Of a stretch of 50,341 nt of DNA, positions 36,078 to 45,294 are shown in pieces. The stretch is taken from assembly GCA_034432995.1 (NCBI GenBank), contig DAOUAY010000060.1:1-50341 (forward strand), read 5' to 3'. Position 1 is the first letter of the stretch. The number at the start of each line of letters is the position of its first letter. Both the position numbers and the translations under genes were made by a program. Origin of the DNA: Anaerolineae bacterium. Lineage in GTDB: Bacteria > Chloroflexota > Anaerolineae > B4-G1 > SLSP01. The notes beneath the pieces are model-generated. The model was not told the origin of the DNA, searched no databases, and saw nothing but the letters and a program-made list of their open reading frames with translations.

Positions 36078-38708
36078 TTAGCGCTTCATAAGCTTCACGA
36101 CCACCATGCCACCGACAAGCAAGAGCGCAATCCCTATCCCCCCAAAGGCTAACATCGGCAAAGTTATCGGCCCGAGCGCCAACACCGGAGCCGACGGCTG
36201 GGCCGGGTATGGATTCACCGCCGGGCGCGGGGTCGGTGTCGGGACTGGTGTTGATTCAGGCATTGGAACCGCGGTTGGCACAGGGGCGAGATTCGGCACG
36301 AACGCCGGCCGGCTCTCAATGCTGCGGCGCGTATGCCAGAGCATAGGCGTCAATACCTTGTCCTGGCGCTTGCTCCCCAGTCCTACCACATCGATGAACC
36401 CTGATTCACCAGCCACCGCTAGGGCAGCCCCGCCGGTTGGTGCATAAACGCCTGCCAACTCGACCGAGTCAAGGCTAGACCACTGCCCCTCAGCATAGAC
36501 AAGATAATGTAACAGGACGGCATCTCCGGTTTTCGTGCCCAGTGCAGTGATATGCAGTCTGCCCGAATTATCCTGTGTCATTACTGCGTATCCCTCAATC
36601 GCTTGCAGACCAGGAATTTGAGAGACATAGTCCCAGGTCAATCCATAATCACTGGAACTGCGATGCTGGACAATGTTACGCGCCAGATCCTGCCACGTGA
36701 CGACAACCTGTCCGGTCAAGGTGGCAGCGACCTGCGGCCAATCGTGAGCGCCATCGGTCAATAGCATGGCGTCCGTCCATGTTTCGCCTTCGTCCGTTGA
36801 GCGCGCATAATACACACCCTGGGGCAACCCGAAGCCTGGCAGCGGCGCGCGAACCCAAACCACGTGAATCACTCCGTTTTCATCTACGGTGATGTCAGGA
36901 TGATCCACGCAGGGCCAGCCTTCTGCCCCAGCATCAAAGAGCTGTACGGTCTCTTGCCACGATTCGCCATTATCGTCGCTGCGGGCGTAATAGATGCCGC
37001 GCCCTTCATTGAACGGCACGGCATAAACCACGTGTAATCGCCCCAGCAAGTCGGCGGTTATCGCGGGGATGCCCCCCACAACAGCCTCATCGGACATTGC
37101 CCGCTGGCTCCAGCCACTGACAGCAAAAGCATCGTTAGGATAAGCCCGACTGTAAAACACTGTCCCTGTTGACCCACCATTCCAGACGGCGTGGAGAAAC
37201 GGCTCGACATAGACCAAGGCTGGCGCTTGAGCCACTCCCTCATCGGCGCCGAGAACCGCCACCGGGCGGCTCCAGGAAGTTTGATCGCGCCGACTATAAT
37301 ACAGCATGGATCCAGCCTGGCCCACAGAACGCGGAGCGCTCCACATCACGTGAACTCGCCCCTCAGCATCTGTCGCGACTGCCGGAAAACCAGGAGTACC
37401 CCCGTCCTCAAAAATAATCGTGGGACCGGCCCATAGTGAGGGTGGCGCGAAGGTCCATTCCAACGCGTCGACCTGCCCTTCCAGCACCCAGATGTCGCCA
37501 TCGCGATCCTGACCGGTCACAACAAGTTTGTTATCCCGTGTTACGCCAGTTCGCAGCGCTTCCAGGTAGGTCGTTGTACCGGTCTGGGGATTCTCGAAGC
37601 TGAAGCTCAAGCGCTTCGACGCCGACCATTGTTCCCCATTCCATGCCGCCATTGACAGATATCCGGTATCTTCTCCACGCATGAAAAGCAGTAGACCTGC
37701 TGGCGTTTGCGCTGTCACAATTTGCACCGGGCACGACGGCAAATCCTCGAAAAACCGCGATGCTGTGGACCAGGTCTTCCCACCATCTTCGGAACGCTGT
37801 TGCTGCAAGACGCATGTGGAGGCTACGCCGCCCTGCTCCCATAGCGCCACAAATCCTGCTGCTTGCCCCTGACTCGACAAGGCGGGCAGCGCGATAAAGC
37901 GCGGATGCAGTCCAACAATGTGCCCGTCTCCCACTTCAGCAGGCTCAGTCCAGGAAAGGCCCCCATCTGTCGAGAAAACATAGAACGCGACTGCCTGTCG
38001 AGGATCATCCCAACCCGCCACGACGTTACCCGACGCATCTGCTGCAAGTGATAAATGGACCGTATCCGCCGTCCACAGCCGGGCATAGAGCGACGTGTAC
38101 AACGCTACCGGTTCTGACCAGGTAACACCGCCATCGGTCGAGCGCAAGTGATAGATGCCCGCCGGAAATGCATCCAATTGCTGCGTCTGGCAGTAGACTA
38201 GATGCAAGACGCCTTGAGCGTCACTCGTCAATTCCCAGGCGATGGCCGATTCTGCCAACACCTCAGGGGTCGTCCATACCGTCGTGCCCAGGCGAAGGCG
38301 GCTATACGACAACGAACGCAGGTTTGTTACCCGGTCAGGTTCTCCCAACCATAAGGCAAGAGCCGTCTCACCTATGCCTACAATCTGGGGCATAGCAGAA
38401 ATGGTTGAAGGAATCAAGAGATCGCTCTCCGCTTCTGGCATTTGGATAGGCGCCGGTGTAGGAGCGGACCAATCATTATCAAGCGCATAGGCCGTTGTCA
38501 GCCCGTCGAAGCGATCCCACCAGAAGACCTGAGTCTGCCCGTCGGGACCTACCACGAGCACAGGAGATTCCGCTGCGCCAGAGCGCGAGAGGTTGATCGG
38601 CTCCGACCACAACGCATCATCCGTTTGGGTAAAACCCGCTTTGTGCCCGCCCAGCGACAACAGGCAGACGATCACCCACGCGACGATCACTCGACTCACG
38701 CGGCTCAA
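36078..38708 (-). CDS. Large BNR/Asp-box multi-propeller protein, signal peptide plus Pro-rich stalk plus C-terminal TM anchor
   Basis: TTG start with GGAGGA 6 nt upstream. Asp-boxes STDGGVTWSEP, STDGGLSWTEP, SEDGGKTWSTA, SDDNGESWQET, STDEGETWTDA and SSDYGLTWDYV. Ends ...PVPTPTPRPAVNPYPAQPSAPVLALGPITLPMLAFGGIGIALLLVGGMVVVKLMKR. Confidence 0.8.
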   Translation of the reverse strand: MSRVSRVIVAWVIVCLLSLGGHKAGFTQTDDALWSEPINLSRSGAAESPVLVVGPDGQTQVFWWDRFDGLTTAYALDNDWSAPTPAPIQMPEAESDLLIPSTISAMPQIVGIGETALALWLGEPDRVTNLRSLSYSRLRLGTTVWTTPEVLAESAIAWELTSDAQGVLHLVYCQTQQLDAFPAGIYHLRSTDGGVTWSEPVALYTSLYARLWTADTVHLSLAADASGNVVAGWDDPRQAVAFYVFSTDGGLSWTEPAEVGDGHIVGLHPRFIALPALSSQGQAAGFVALWEQGGVASTCVLQQQRSEDGGKTWSTASRFFEDLPSCPVQIVTAQTPAGLLLFMRGEDTGYLSMAAWNGEQWSASKRLSFSFENPQTGTTTYLEALRTGVTRDNKLVVTGQDRDGDIWVLEGQVDALEWTFAPPSLWAGPTIIFEDGGTPGFPAVATDAEGRVHVMWSAPRSVGQAGSMLYYSRRDQTSWSRPVAVLGADEGVAQAPALVYVEPFLHAVWNGGSTGTVFYSRAYPNDAFAVSGWSQRAMSDEAVVGGIPAITADLLGRLHVVYAVPFNEGRGIYYARSDDNGESWQETVQLFDAGAEGWPCVDHPDITVDENGVIHVVWVRAPLPGFGLPQGVYYARSTDEGETWTDAMLLTDGAHDWPQVAATLTGQVVVTWQDLARNIVQHRSSSDYGLTWDYVSQIPGLQAIEGYAVMTQDNSGRLHITALGTKTGDAVLLHYLVYAEGQWSSLDSVELAGVYAPTGGAALAVAGESGFIDVVGLGSKRQDKVLTPMLWHTRRSIESRPAFVPNLAPVPTAVPMPESTPVPTPTPRPAVNPYPAQPSAPVLALGPITLPMLAFGGIGIALLLVGGMVVVKLMKR

Positions 38709-39250
38709 ATCAGATCCTCCAAATCCAGTTCCGTCTTGACCAAACGGCTCATGACGTTCAAAAAGACCAACACCCGGCCTTTGGGCGTGATCTGCTGATC
38801 GAATATCGCCTCCAGTCCCTCCAACGGACCGCGAGCGATGCGTATCACTTCGCCTTTCTTGAAGGGCGCGTCAAACACATCCGTAACCTGCATATTCTCA
38901 AGTCGGCGGCGAAGATACATCACAACTTCGTCGGGAACGACAACCGGACGCCCACCGGCAGCAACGATACGCCGTAATCCAGGGGTCCAACACACATCAG
39001 CAAACCGCTGCTCGCCGGGGTCGAAATAGGCAAAGAGATACTGCGGTAGGAAGGGCTTCATACTGCGACGGTCACGCCGGCGCACGACCACAGCGATCTG
39101 GGGAATATAGGTTTCCACCCCGCAGTTACGGAGCACTTCCTGCACGAGGTATTCTTTGTGCGGTTTGGTGTACAAAGCATACCAGTTGCGGTGCGACTGC
39201 GCCTGCTTGCTTTCCCCCTCCGCACAAACTTGTATGTCCGCCTCATCCAT
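38705..39250 (-). CDS. NusG-family specialised paralog (NGN plus KOW), RfaH/LoaP/UpxY-like
   Basis: ATG at 39250 with AAGGAAAGGAG upstream. NGN-like WYALYTKPHKEYLVQEVLRNCGVETYIPQ and KOW-like FKKGEVIRIARGPLEGLEAIFDQ. Located inside a glycan locus, not in a secE-nusG-rplK context. Confidence 0.8.
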   Translation of the reverse strand: MDEADIQVCAEGESKQAQSHRNWYALYTKPHKEYLVQEVLRNCGVETYIPQIAVVVRRRDRRSMKPFLPQYLFAYFDPGEQRFADVCWTPGLRRIVAAGGRPVVVPDEVVMYLRRRLENMQVTDVFDAPFKKGEVIRIARGPLEGLEAIFDQQITPKGRVLVFLNVMSRLVKTELDLEDLI

Positions 39251-39282
39251 AGATGGAAACTCCTTTCCTTCTTGGTGCTTCC

Positions 39283-39309
39283 ATTATACCAGATGGAGAT
39301 AGGCTCCAA
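39283..39309 (-). promoter_or_regulatory. Candidate extended -10 promoter in front of the NusG paralog
   Basis: Minus strand reads TTGGAG (39309-39304), a 15-nt spacer, then TGgTATAAT (39291-39283). It sits about 30 nt upstream of the ATG at 39250 and abuts the stop of the upstream gene. Confidence 0.45.
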
Positions 39310-39311
39310 CT

Positions 39312-41246
39312 TCATGGCTGGGCTGCTCGCTGCTCGGCCTCTTGTGCTTTTTGTAGGGCGTCCTCAGCGCCTTCAGGATGCACTAACGCAATCGTCCGCC
39401 AGGCATAAGCAGCCCGTACAAAATCATCGTTGACCCAGTAGCGATCCCAAGCCTGACCCTCTAAACGCACTTGTGCCCAGGTAAGACCGGCGACTACCTC
39501 GGCAGCCTCTTCGACGCGGCCCAGCGCTACCAGCGTATCACCGCGCAGCAACCGCGTCACAGGGTCGCGGTGCCCCGCTTCCCAGGCAGCCTCAATATGA
39601 TGAAAGGCGGCTTCATACTCACCGCGCGAAAGATGAATACCCGCCAATCGCTGCCGCGCCGTGGCGTTCCGCGCGTCAAGAGCGATGGCGCGCTGGAAGA
39701 GCGCCGTACTCGCTGTCAAATCCTCCGCTTGCCGCACGGAGTCTACGATGTAGCCGGGGGTCTTCCCGAACTCGTAACGCGCCAACTCCACCCGCGCCTG
39801 GCGCATCGCGCCCAAGCTGGCATAGCCTTGCGCTACCAGAGGGCGCCAGAACCAAACGCCCAAGGCCAGCAGCAGACCCAGAGCGCCTATGGCCCACTGT
39901 CTTCTTTGAGGGTGAGGCGCTGCCGGCGGCGCACCCGCCGCCGCTACCGCCCACTCCACAAGCGCAAACGGCACCAAGAAGAGCAACAACCACTGGCTTC
40001 CGTAGAGCACATCCTCCACCTGCCCGTGGATCACAACCGCCGCGAGCGAAACCAGCCCTGCCTCGATGATCCAAGCCTGCTGCCAATCCACACGCCGCAA
40101 CGCGCGCATCGCCTGCCAGATACAAAGGATCACCAAACCCAGGAACAGCAGCAGTCCCGCTATGCCTTGCTCGACCAGCAAATCCACGAAGACATCGTGG
40201 CTATTGTGGATATACCCCACGTGGATGAGCAAGGTGTAGATCGAGAAATTCAACTGGAACGTGCCCAATCCCGATCCCGTGAGTACGTAATCCCAAGCCA
40301 GCGGCAACGAGTCTTTCAACAGTGACAACCGGCCTGTTATCGCGCCCGCACCGGGCAGATCGTAAGCCAGCACGGCGAAAAGCCCAATCACCACCAGCGC
40401 CCCGCCGAGAACAAGCGCTCCGGCGATCCACTGCAAGCGCGCTCCATCTGTAAAGCGACGACCCAGCCAACGCCACAGCCCCCACAGCGAGAAGCTCACC
40501 AACGTGGCAAACCAGGCGCCCCGCGTCGTCGTCACCAGCAGACCAAACAGGACGATCCCTGCCGCCGCCACCCACAGAAAGGGAAGTGTGCGCCGCAGCC
40601 AGCCGGGCAAACACAAAGACGTTTCCTTGTGAGCCAACCGCGCCAACGGCACGTAGAAAGGCAACGTCATCGCCAGCAGACCGCCGATGATGTTGGGATT
40701 GGTCGCCTCTGCCGCCGCCCTCGGCAGCAGCGCCGAGATCGACTCCCCCAACGCTACCAGCGCGGGCACTTTGAGCGGATGGGCGCTCCAGTCGTTGGTC
40801 AGGAAGAAATAGACCGTGAGCGCCACGCCGAACAGCCCCCCGATGGTCAACACACCATACAGATGCTTGAGATCCGGCTGATTGACCAGCGCGTAGTAAA
40901 GGCCCCAGGCGCCCACCACGAGCCAGAACTTGGCCCACGCCGGCCCAGGCGCGTAAGCCGTCTGCGTTCCTATCAGCGCCGAGAGCAAAAAAAGCAACAG
41001 CAGTATATCAACCAGCTTGATGTCGCTGGGCGTAAACCGCCGCAATAAGCCGGTGCGCCACCGGTAAAGCCCCCACATCAGCACCAGCAAGAGCGCTGCC
41101 CAAGAGCCAGGCCAACTACTCAGGTGCGACACCGCGCCGCCTTGCGTATACCAAAGCGCCCCGGCAAACAGCGCGCATCCCAATTCAATGTAGGGCGATA
41201 GAGCGCGCAGTTTCGATGGTGAGAGTGTAGAAGCCGGTTCGCTCAC
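39312..41246 (-). CDS. O-antigen ligase (Wzy_C) family membrane protein fused to C-terminal TPR repeats
   Basis: GTG start. About 12 hydrophobic segments. GYIHNSHDVFVDLLVEQGIAGLLLFLGL (Wzy_C-like). C-terminal ~170 aa with TPR-like helices (ALDARNATARQRLAGIHLSRGEYEAAFHHIEAAWEAG...). Confidence 0.75.
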   Translation of the reverse strand: MSEPASTLSPSKLRALSPYIELGCALFAGALWYTQGGAVSHLSSWPGSWAALLLVLMWGLYRWRTGLLRRFTPSDIKLVDILLLLFLLSALIGTQTAYAPGPAWAKFWLVVGAWGLYYALVNQPDLKHLYGVLTIGGLFGVALTVYFFLTNDWSAHPLKVPALVALGESISALLPRAAAEATNPNIIGGLLAMTLPFYVPLARLAHKETSLCLPGWLRRTLPFLWVAAAGIVLFGLLVTTTRGAWFATLVSFSLWGLWRWLGRRFTDGARLQWIAGALVLGGALVVIGLFAVLAYDLPGAGAITGRLSLLKDSLPLAWDYVLTGSGLGTFQLNFSIYTLLIHVGYIHNSHDVFVDLLVEQGIAGLLLFLGLVILCIWQAMRALRRVDWQQAWIIEAGLVSLAAVVIHGQVEDVLYGSQWLLLFLVPFALVEWAVAAAGAPPAAPHPQRRQWAIGALGLLLALGVWFWRPLVAQGYASLGAMRQARVELARYEFGKTPGYIVDSVRQAEDLTASTALFQRAIALDARNATARQRLAGIHLSRGEYEAAFHHIEAAWEAGHRDPVTRLLRGDTLVALGRVEEAAEVVAGLTWAQVRLEGQAWDRYWVNDDFVRAAYAWRTIALVHPEGAEDALQKAQEAEQRAAQP

Positions 41247-41258
41247 ACGCCTTCTCGC

Positions 41259-42914
41259 TTACTTCCAACCCAATGTTTCCAGCCCGATACGCACTGCTGA
41301 GGTGATCATACTCGGATCGCCGAGCAACAGCTTGAGATAGGTCAGCATTGGCTTGGGACGGAAGGCCCACTCGCGGAAGGCGCGCTTGGCCCACCGTTCC
41401 AGGTCTTCGGCCTTGAGGTTGGGATAATCCAACACGGTGGAACGATCCATGTCCACGTCTTCCCAGCGGGTGCCGGGACGAAACCAGCCGTTCTCCACCA
41501 CCTCGAAAAAGAAGGGCGTGCCGGGATGCGGCGCCGCGATGTGAAAAAGGATCAAATCGAGCGGCAGGCGCTTGGCAAAATCGATCGATTTGCGGATGCT
41601 GGCCTCGGTCTCGCCGGGCAAGCCAATGATGAAGTAGCCCCAGTTCATGATGCCGGCCTCTTTGGCCCAGCCCAGCGCCTTCTCCACCTTCTCCAGCGTG
41701 ATGCCCTTGTTCATCCGCTTGAGCATCTCCGGCTCGCCGGACTCGATCCCCCAGGAGATCATCCAGCACCCGGCGCGGCGCATCTGTTGCAGCAATTCCA
41801 GATCGACGAAATCCACCCGGCTGTTGCACGTCCAGCGAACCGGCAATTTCCGTTCGAGGATACCTTCGCAGATGCCCATCACGTGCTCGCGGTTGACGGT
41901 GAACAGGTCGGTGTACATGTGAATCTTGCGCACACCCAGATTCACCAACACTTCGATCTCATCGACCACGTTCTCCGGCGTGCGAAACCGCACCGACGCG
42001 CCGTAAGAGACGTGCTTGATGCAAAAACGGCATCCGGCCGGACATCCTCGGCTGGGAACGGAGAAGGCATACGGCCCGCCGACCAGCGGCGCACGATAGG
42101 CTTTGAGGGGCAATAAATCGTGGCGCGGCAATGGCAGGTCATCGAGATTGGCAATGTAGGGGCGCGGTGGATTGATGACGACCTCAGAGCCATTGCGCCA
42201 AACCAGGCCCTTGATCCTGGTGAGCGGCGCATCGCCATCCGCAAAATGGGCGGCGTGCCAGAGAGGCTGCCAGCCGGGATCGTGCGTAGTAAATAAACGC
42301 TTCAGCCGCAAAGCGAAATCCGGTGCGGCGCTGGGCCACCAAACATCGTCTCCGCCACCGCCGTCGCCCGCCGATGCTGCGCCGTTCCTCATCCGTTCGG
42401 ACACATCGACGAGTTCGCGCAAGGTCAGTTCCGGCTCACCGAGCAGCACGTAATCCAGGGCCGGGTAAGTCTTCATCGTCGAGGCCGGCATCGGCGTCAC
42501 GTGGGTGCCAAAGGCCATCGTGACTGCGCCGCGCGCTTTTGCCAGGAAAGCGCCGTACATGTCATTTTGCAACGTAGGCGCCGTCACCTGAGTGATGTAG
42601 TAACGCGGTCGTTTCTCATCCAGCAACCGCTCGAATTCGGCCCACGACATCCGTTCAGGCATCGCATCGATCACTTCGACGCGGAAATCGGGGAAGAGCG
42701 CCGCCATCTGCGCCAGATCCACCTGCGGCCAGATCATGCCTTCGCGCGAGCGCCGCCCTACCCGGTGTTGGCTGCGAATCCATATCCCGCCATCGGGCGC
42801 GGGCGGATTGACGAGCAGAATATCGACGGCGCTGGGCGGACGTTTTGCCAGTTCCTCGTAGAGCAGCGCGTCGGTATTCGGAAAGTTGGGGGCTACAATT
42901 CTTTGTTGAACCAC
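41259..42914 (-). CDS. B12-binding domain radical SAM protein (class B)
   Basis: GTG start. N-terminal Rossmann-like DILLVNPPAPDG... region and radical SAM cluster motif SRGCPAGCRFCIKHV (CxxxCxxC). 551 aa. Confidence 0.8.
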   Translation of the reverse strand: MVQQRIVAPNFPNTDALLYEELAKRPPSAVDILLVNPPAPDGGIWIRSQHRVGRRSREGMIWPQVDLAQMAALFPDFRVEVIDAMPERMSWAEFERLLDEKRPRYYITQVTAPTLQNDMYGAFLAKARGAVTMAFGTHVTPMPASTMKTYPALDYVLLGEPELTLRELVDVSERMRNGAASAGDGGGGDDVWWPSAAPDFALRLKRLFTTHDPGWQPLWHAAHFADGDAPLTRIKGLVWRNGSEVVINPPRPYIANLDDLPLPRHDLLPLKAYRAPLVGGPYAFSVPSRGCPAGCRFCIKHVSYGASVRFRTPENVVDEIEVLVNLGVRKIHMYTDLFTVNREHVMGICEGILERKLPVRWTCNSRVDFVDLELLQQMRRAGCWMISWGIESGEPEMLKRMNKGITLEKVEKALGWAKEAGIMNWGYFIIGLPGETEASIRKSIDFAKRLPLDLILFHIAAPHPGTPFFFEVVENGWFRPGTRWEDVDMDRSTVLDYPNLKAEDLERWAKRAFREWAFRPKPMLTYLKLLLGDPSMITSAVRIGLETLGWK

Positions 42915-42962
42915 AAAATCACGCCTTGTATTTGGATTGATGACGCTGTCGCGCCCACACGT

Positions 42963-44252
42963 TCAGCTAATATAATCGCGGTCGAGGTCGGCGCCGATGA
43001 GGATCTCGCGCTGGCTCAGTTCGTCCAGGACGCGCATGATCACCCAGAAGATCACCAATTGCACGCCCATCAACACGAGCATCGCGCCCGCCGTCAGATA
43101 GAGCCACAATCGCGTGATGTCCCAGCCACTCAAGCCCAAAATCAGGCTAAACACGCCGATGACGAAGCCACCTGACATAGCAGCAAGCCCCATCCAGCCA
43201 AAAGAGCGATCCAGGGGCGGCTCGAAGATGGGCTTGCCGAACAACCCTTTCTGCACGACGTCCTTGTTGAACAGGGCCACCAGATAATTGAAGGTCGCGC
43301 CGAGAGCGAATAGCGTGAAGCCCACCAGGCCGAAAATCATTGCCGCGAAAACCCCGGTCACACCCCAGGGTCCAAGTTGGTTCACACCGCTCAACCGCAA
43401 GATCATCAAGCCCAGGGCAATCAGTACTCCAGCACAGAACAACCCGAAGCCCACACCACCGAGCGGTCGGGCAGGGTTGTACGTCAGCGCCGTCCAGATG
43501 ATGGTTTGCAGGAATCGCATGCCATCGCGCACCACACTAAGCTTGGAACGGCCGGCCCGCTCCTCGTAAGGCATCGGGATTTCCGCAAACTTCAACCCTT
43601 CGTGCACCGCGCGGGTGCTCATCACCGGCGTAAAGTTCAAACCATCGGGGAGCGGATAAAGCCGGAGCAGCGTCTCACGGCGGAAGACGCGCATGCCGCT
43701 GGCCGGATCGACGACCGGCCTGCCGCTGAGCGCCGTGACGAGATTGGCCCAGATGAAGTTACCCACTTTGCGCACGAACGGCATACCGCTGGACGCGCCG
43801 GAGCGCCGCGAACCGACAACCACGTCGGCGCCCTCTTTGATCGCCTGGCAGAGTTCGGGAAATGACTCCGGCGGATAGGTGCCGTCGGCGTCGAGAAAGC
43901 CGAGCAGGTCGCCGCAGGCCGCGCAGAAGCCGGTTTTGAGCGCCGCGCCATAACCGCGGTTTGGGCTGTGCTGGAGCAAGCGCACGCTCGGATAGCCTCG
44001 CACAATTTCGGCCGTGCGATCTTTAGAACCATCGTCGACCACCAGCAGTTCCAGTTGCAGCCCGATAGCCGCCAGCGCCGGTTCTACCGCCAGCACACGC
44101 TCTACGATATCCGCGATGCCGTCTTCCTCGTTGTAGGCCGGGATGACCACCGAAAGCATCCGCGGAATCCCTTCCTGCTCCAACAAACAGGCTTCTTCAG
44201 TGTTGATGCTCTTGTCCGTGCTCTTCACGACTGTTTCCACCGCTGCTACCAT
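42963..44252 (-). CDS. GT2 polyprenyl-phosphate glycosyltransferase-like (DPM1/GtrB-type) with four C-terminal TM segments
   Basis: LSVVIPAYNEEDGIADIVERV, LLVVDDGSKDRT and FLDADGTYPPE, followed by hydrophobic segments. An alternative ATG at 44159 has AGGAAGG upstream, so the start is uncertain. Confidence 0.8.
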   Translation of the reverse strand: MVAAVETVVKSTDKSINTEEACLLEQEGIPRMLSVVIPAYNEEDGIADIVERVLAVEPALAAIGLQLELLVVDDGSKDRTAEIVRGYPSVRLLQHSPNRGYGAALKTGFCAACGDLLGFLDADGTYPPESFPELCQAIKEGADVVVGSRRSGASSGMPFVRKVGNFIWANLVTALSGRPVVDPASGMRVFRRETLLRLYPLPDGLNFTPVMSTRAVHEGLKFAEIPMPYEERAGRSKLSVVRDGMRFLQTIIWTALTYNPARPLGGVGFGLFCAGVLIALGLMILRLSGVNQLGPWGVTGVFAAMIFGLVGFTLFALGATFNYLVALFNKDVVQKGLFGKPIFEPPLDRSFGWMGLAAMSGGFVIGVFSLILGLSGWDITRLWLYLTAGAMLVLMGVQLVIFWVIMRVLDELSQREILIGADLDRDYIS

Positions 44253-44307
44253 TGCGCCTCACTTTCCCATTTACACGGCTGTTTTGTACGTAAGTTACTT
44301 TTTTGTT

Positions 44308-44347
44308 CCGCGCTCCGCCCTTCCGACAAGCTGTGCTGGTCAGAAGG
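44308..44347 (-). promoter_or_regulatory. Conserved leader element, copy A: 9-bp hairpin followed by GCGGAGCGCGG (ops/JUMPStart-like)
   Basis: Minus-strand RNA reads CCUUCUGAC-N11-GUCGGAAGG-GCGGAGCGCGG. A 24-nt core is identical to 45295-45318. It lies 56 nt upstream of the ATG at 44252. Confidence 0.5.
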
Positions 44348-44506
44348 ATCAGTGGTATTCAACTTGAGGGGCTGCGCAGTTAAACCACAAGCCTCTACTT
44401 ATTCCAGGGTACACCCAATCGACGAAAAAAAAGTTAGCATTACATCGCAATTATGTGGCAACTTCGTAAGTGATCACGTGGACATCATCCCTACTCGATC
44501 GATCCC

Positions 44507-45262
44507 TCAATCCACAGACAGATAGACCGGGCCACGCTGCGCATCTGTCGAACCATCGATCTCGCGTAGAACCCGGGCCGGCACGCCGCCGACAACGGTG
44601 TGGGCAGCCACGTCTTTGGTCACTACAGCGCCGGCCGCAATGACCGCGCCCTGCCCCACCCGCACTCCATCCGTGATCACCGCCCCGGAGCCAATCCACA
44701 CGTCATCCTCGATCACGATCCCCTCCGCCGTGATGCCCTGTTCCACAAAAGATCGCTGCGGATCGTCGAAAACGTGATTGACGGCAATGATTTGCACCAT
44801 CGGAGAAGTATAGACCCGATCCCCGATCGTCACGCCGCCCTGTCCGCGAATCACAGTATACTCGCCGACGAGACTATCCCGCCCGATATGGATACCGGCA
44901 TGGGGCAAATCGCGGAAGTTGTAGACGTGGAGCACTGCCCCATGCATAACCAGCGTCCCTGCACCAATCGCCACCCCTTGCGGGCAGGCGTGGATGTACA
45001 CCCCTTGATCGAGATATGCGCCACGCCCCAACCGCAGGTGATTGGCAAAACACACCCTCACGCCAGGCTCGATAGCCGCCAATCCCTCCATCTTCAACAT
45101 CAAACGGTAGAAGACAGCACGCAATCCTATACCCAGAGGTGTGGGAATCCAGCCAAACAGAACCTGCAGGAGTTGCTCGAGCAGGTAACGCAGAGGCGTG
45201 TCAGCCTGGCGGTGTAAGTAAAGGCTCAGACCAGCCGTAGGGTGACGTTGATTTGAATCCAT
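44507..45262 (-). CDS. Hexapeptide-repeat acetyltransferase (WcaF-like), first gene of the minus-strand cluster
   Basis: Hexapeptide region [15 protein letters not shown]...[18 protein letters not shown]...[32 protein letters not shown]. Start chosen at ATG 45262 because the longer ORF (GTG 45397, ATG 45340) would translate through the conserved leader element. The start is uncertain. Confidence 0.7.
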   Translation of the reverse strand: MDSNQRHPTAGLSLYLHRQADTPLRYLLEQLLQVLFGWIPTPLGIGLRAVFYRLMLKMEGLAAIEPGVRVCFANHLRLGRGAYLDQGVYIHACPQGVAIGAGTLVMHGAVLHVYNFRDLPHAGIHIGRDSLVGEYTVIRGQGGVTIGDRVYTSPMVQIIAVNHVFDDPQRSFVEQGITAEGIVIEDDVWIGSGAVITDGVRVGQGAVIAAGAVVTKDVAAHTVVGGVPARVLREIDGSTDAQRGPVYLSVD

Positions 45263-45294
45263 CGAACTCAACGCGTAAGATTCCCCTCTCTGTA

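Noticed and set aside
40201-41829. Same-strand but out-of-frame ORFs: 40201-40938 (245 aa), 41185-41829 (214 aa), 14274-14777 and 24344-24991.
   Set aside because: They overlap the Wzy_C-TPR, radical SAM, GT2 and DegT genes, whose frames carry clear family motifs. The alternative frames translate to Arg/Gly-rich nonsense.
44421-44440. An A8 run (T8 on the minus strand) downstream of the acetyltransferase gene, considered as an intrinsic terminator.
   Set aside because: No stable GC-rich hairpin immediately precedes the T-tract on the minus strand. I found only weak 4-bp pairings.
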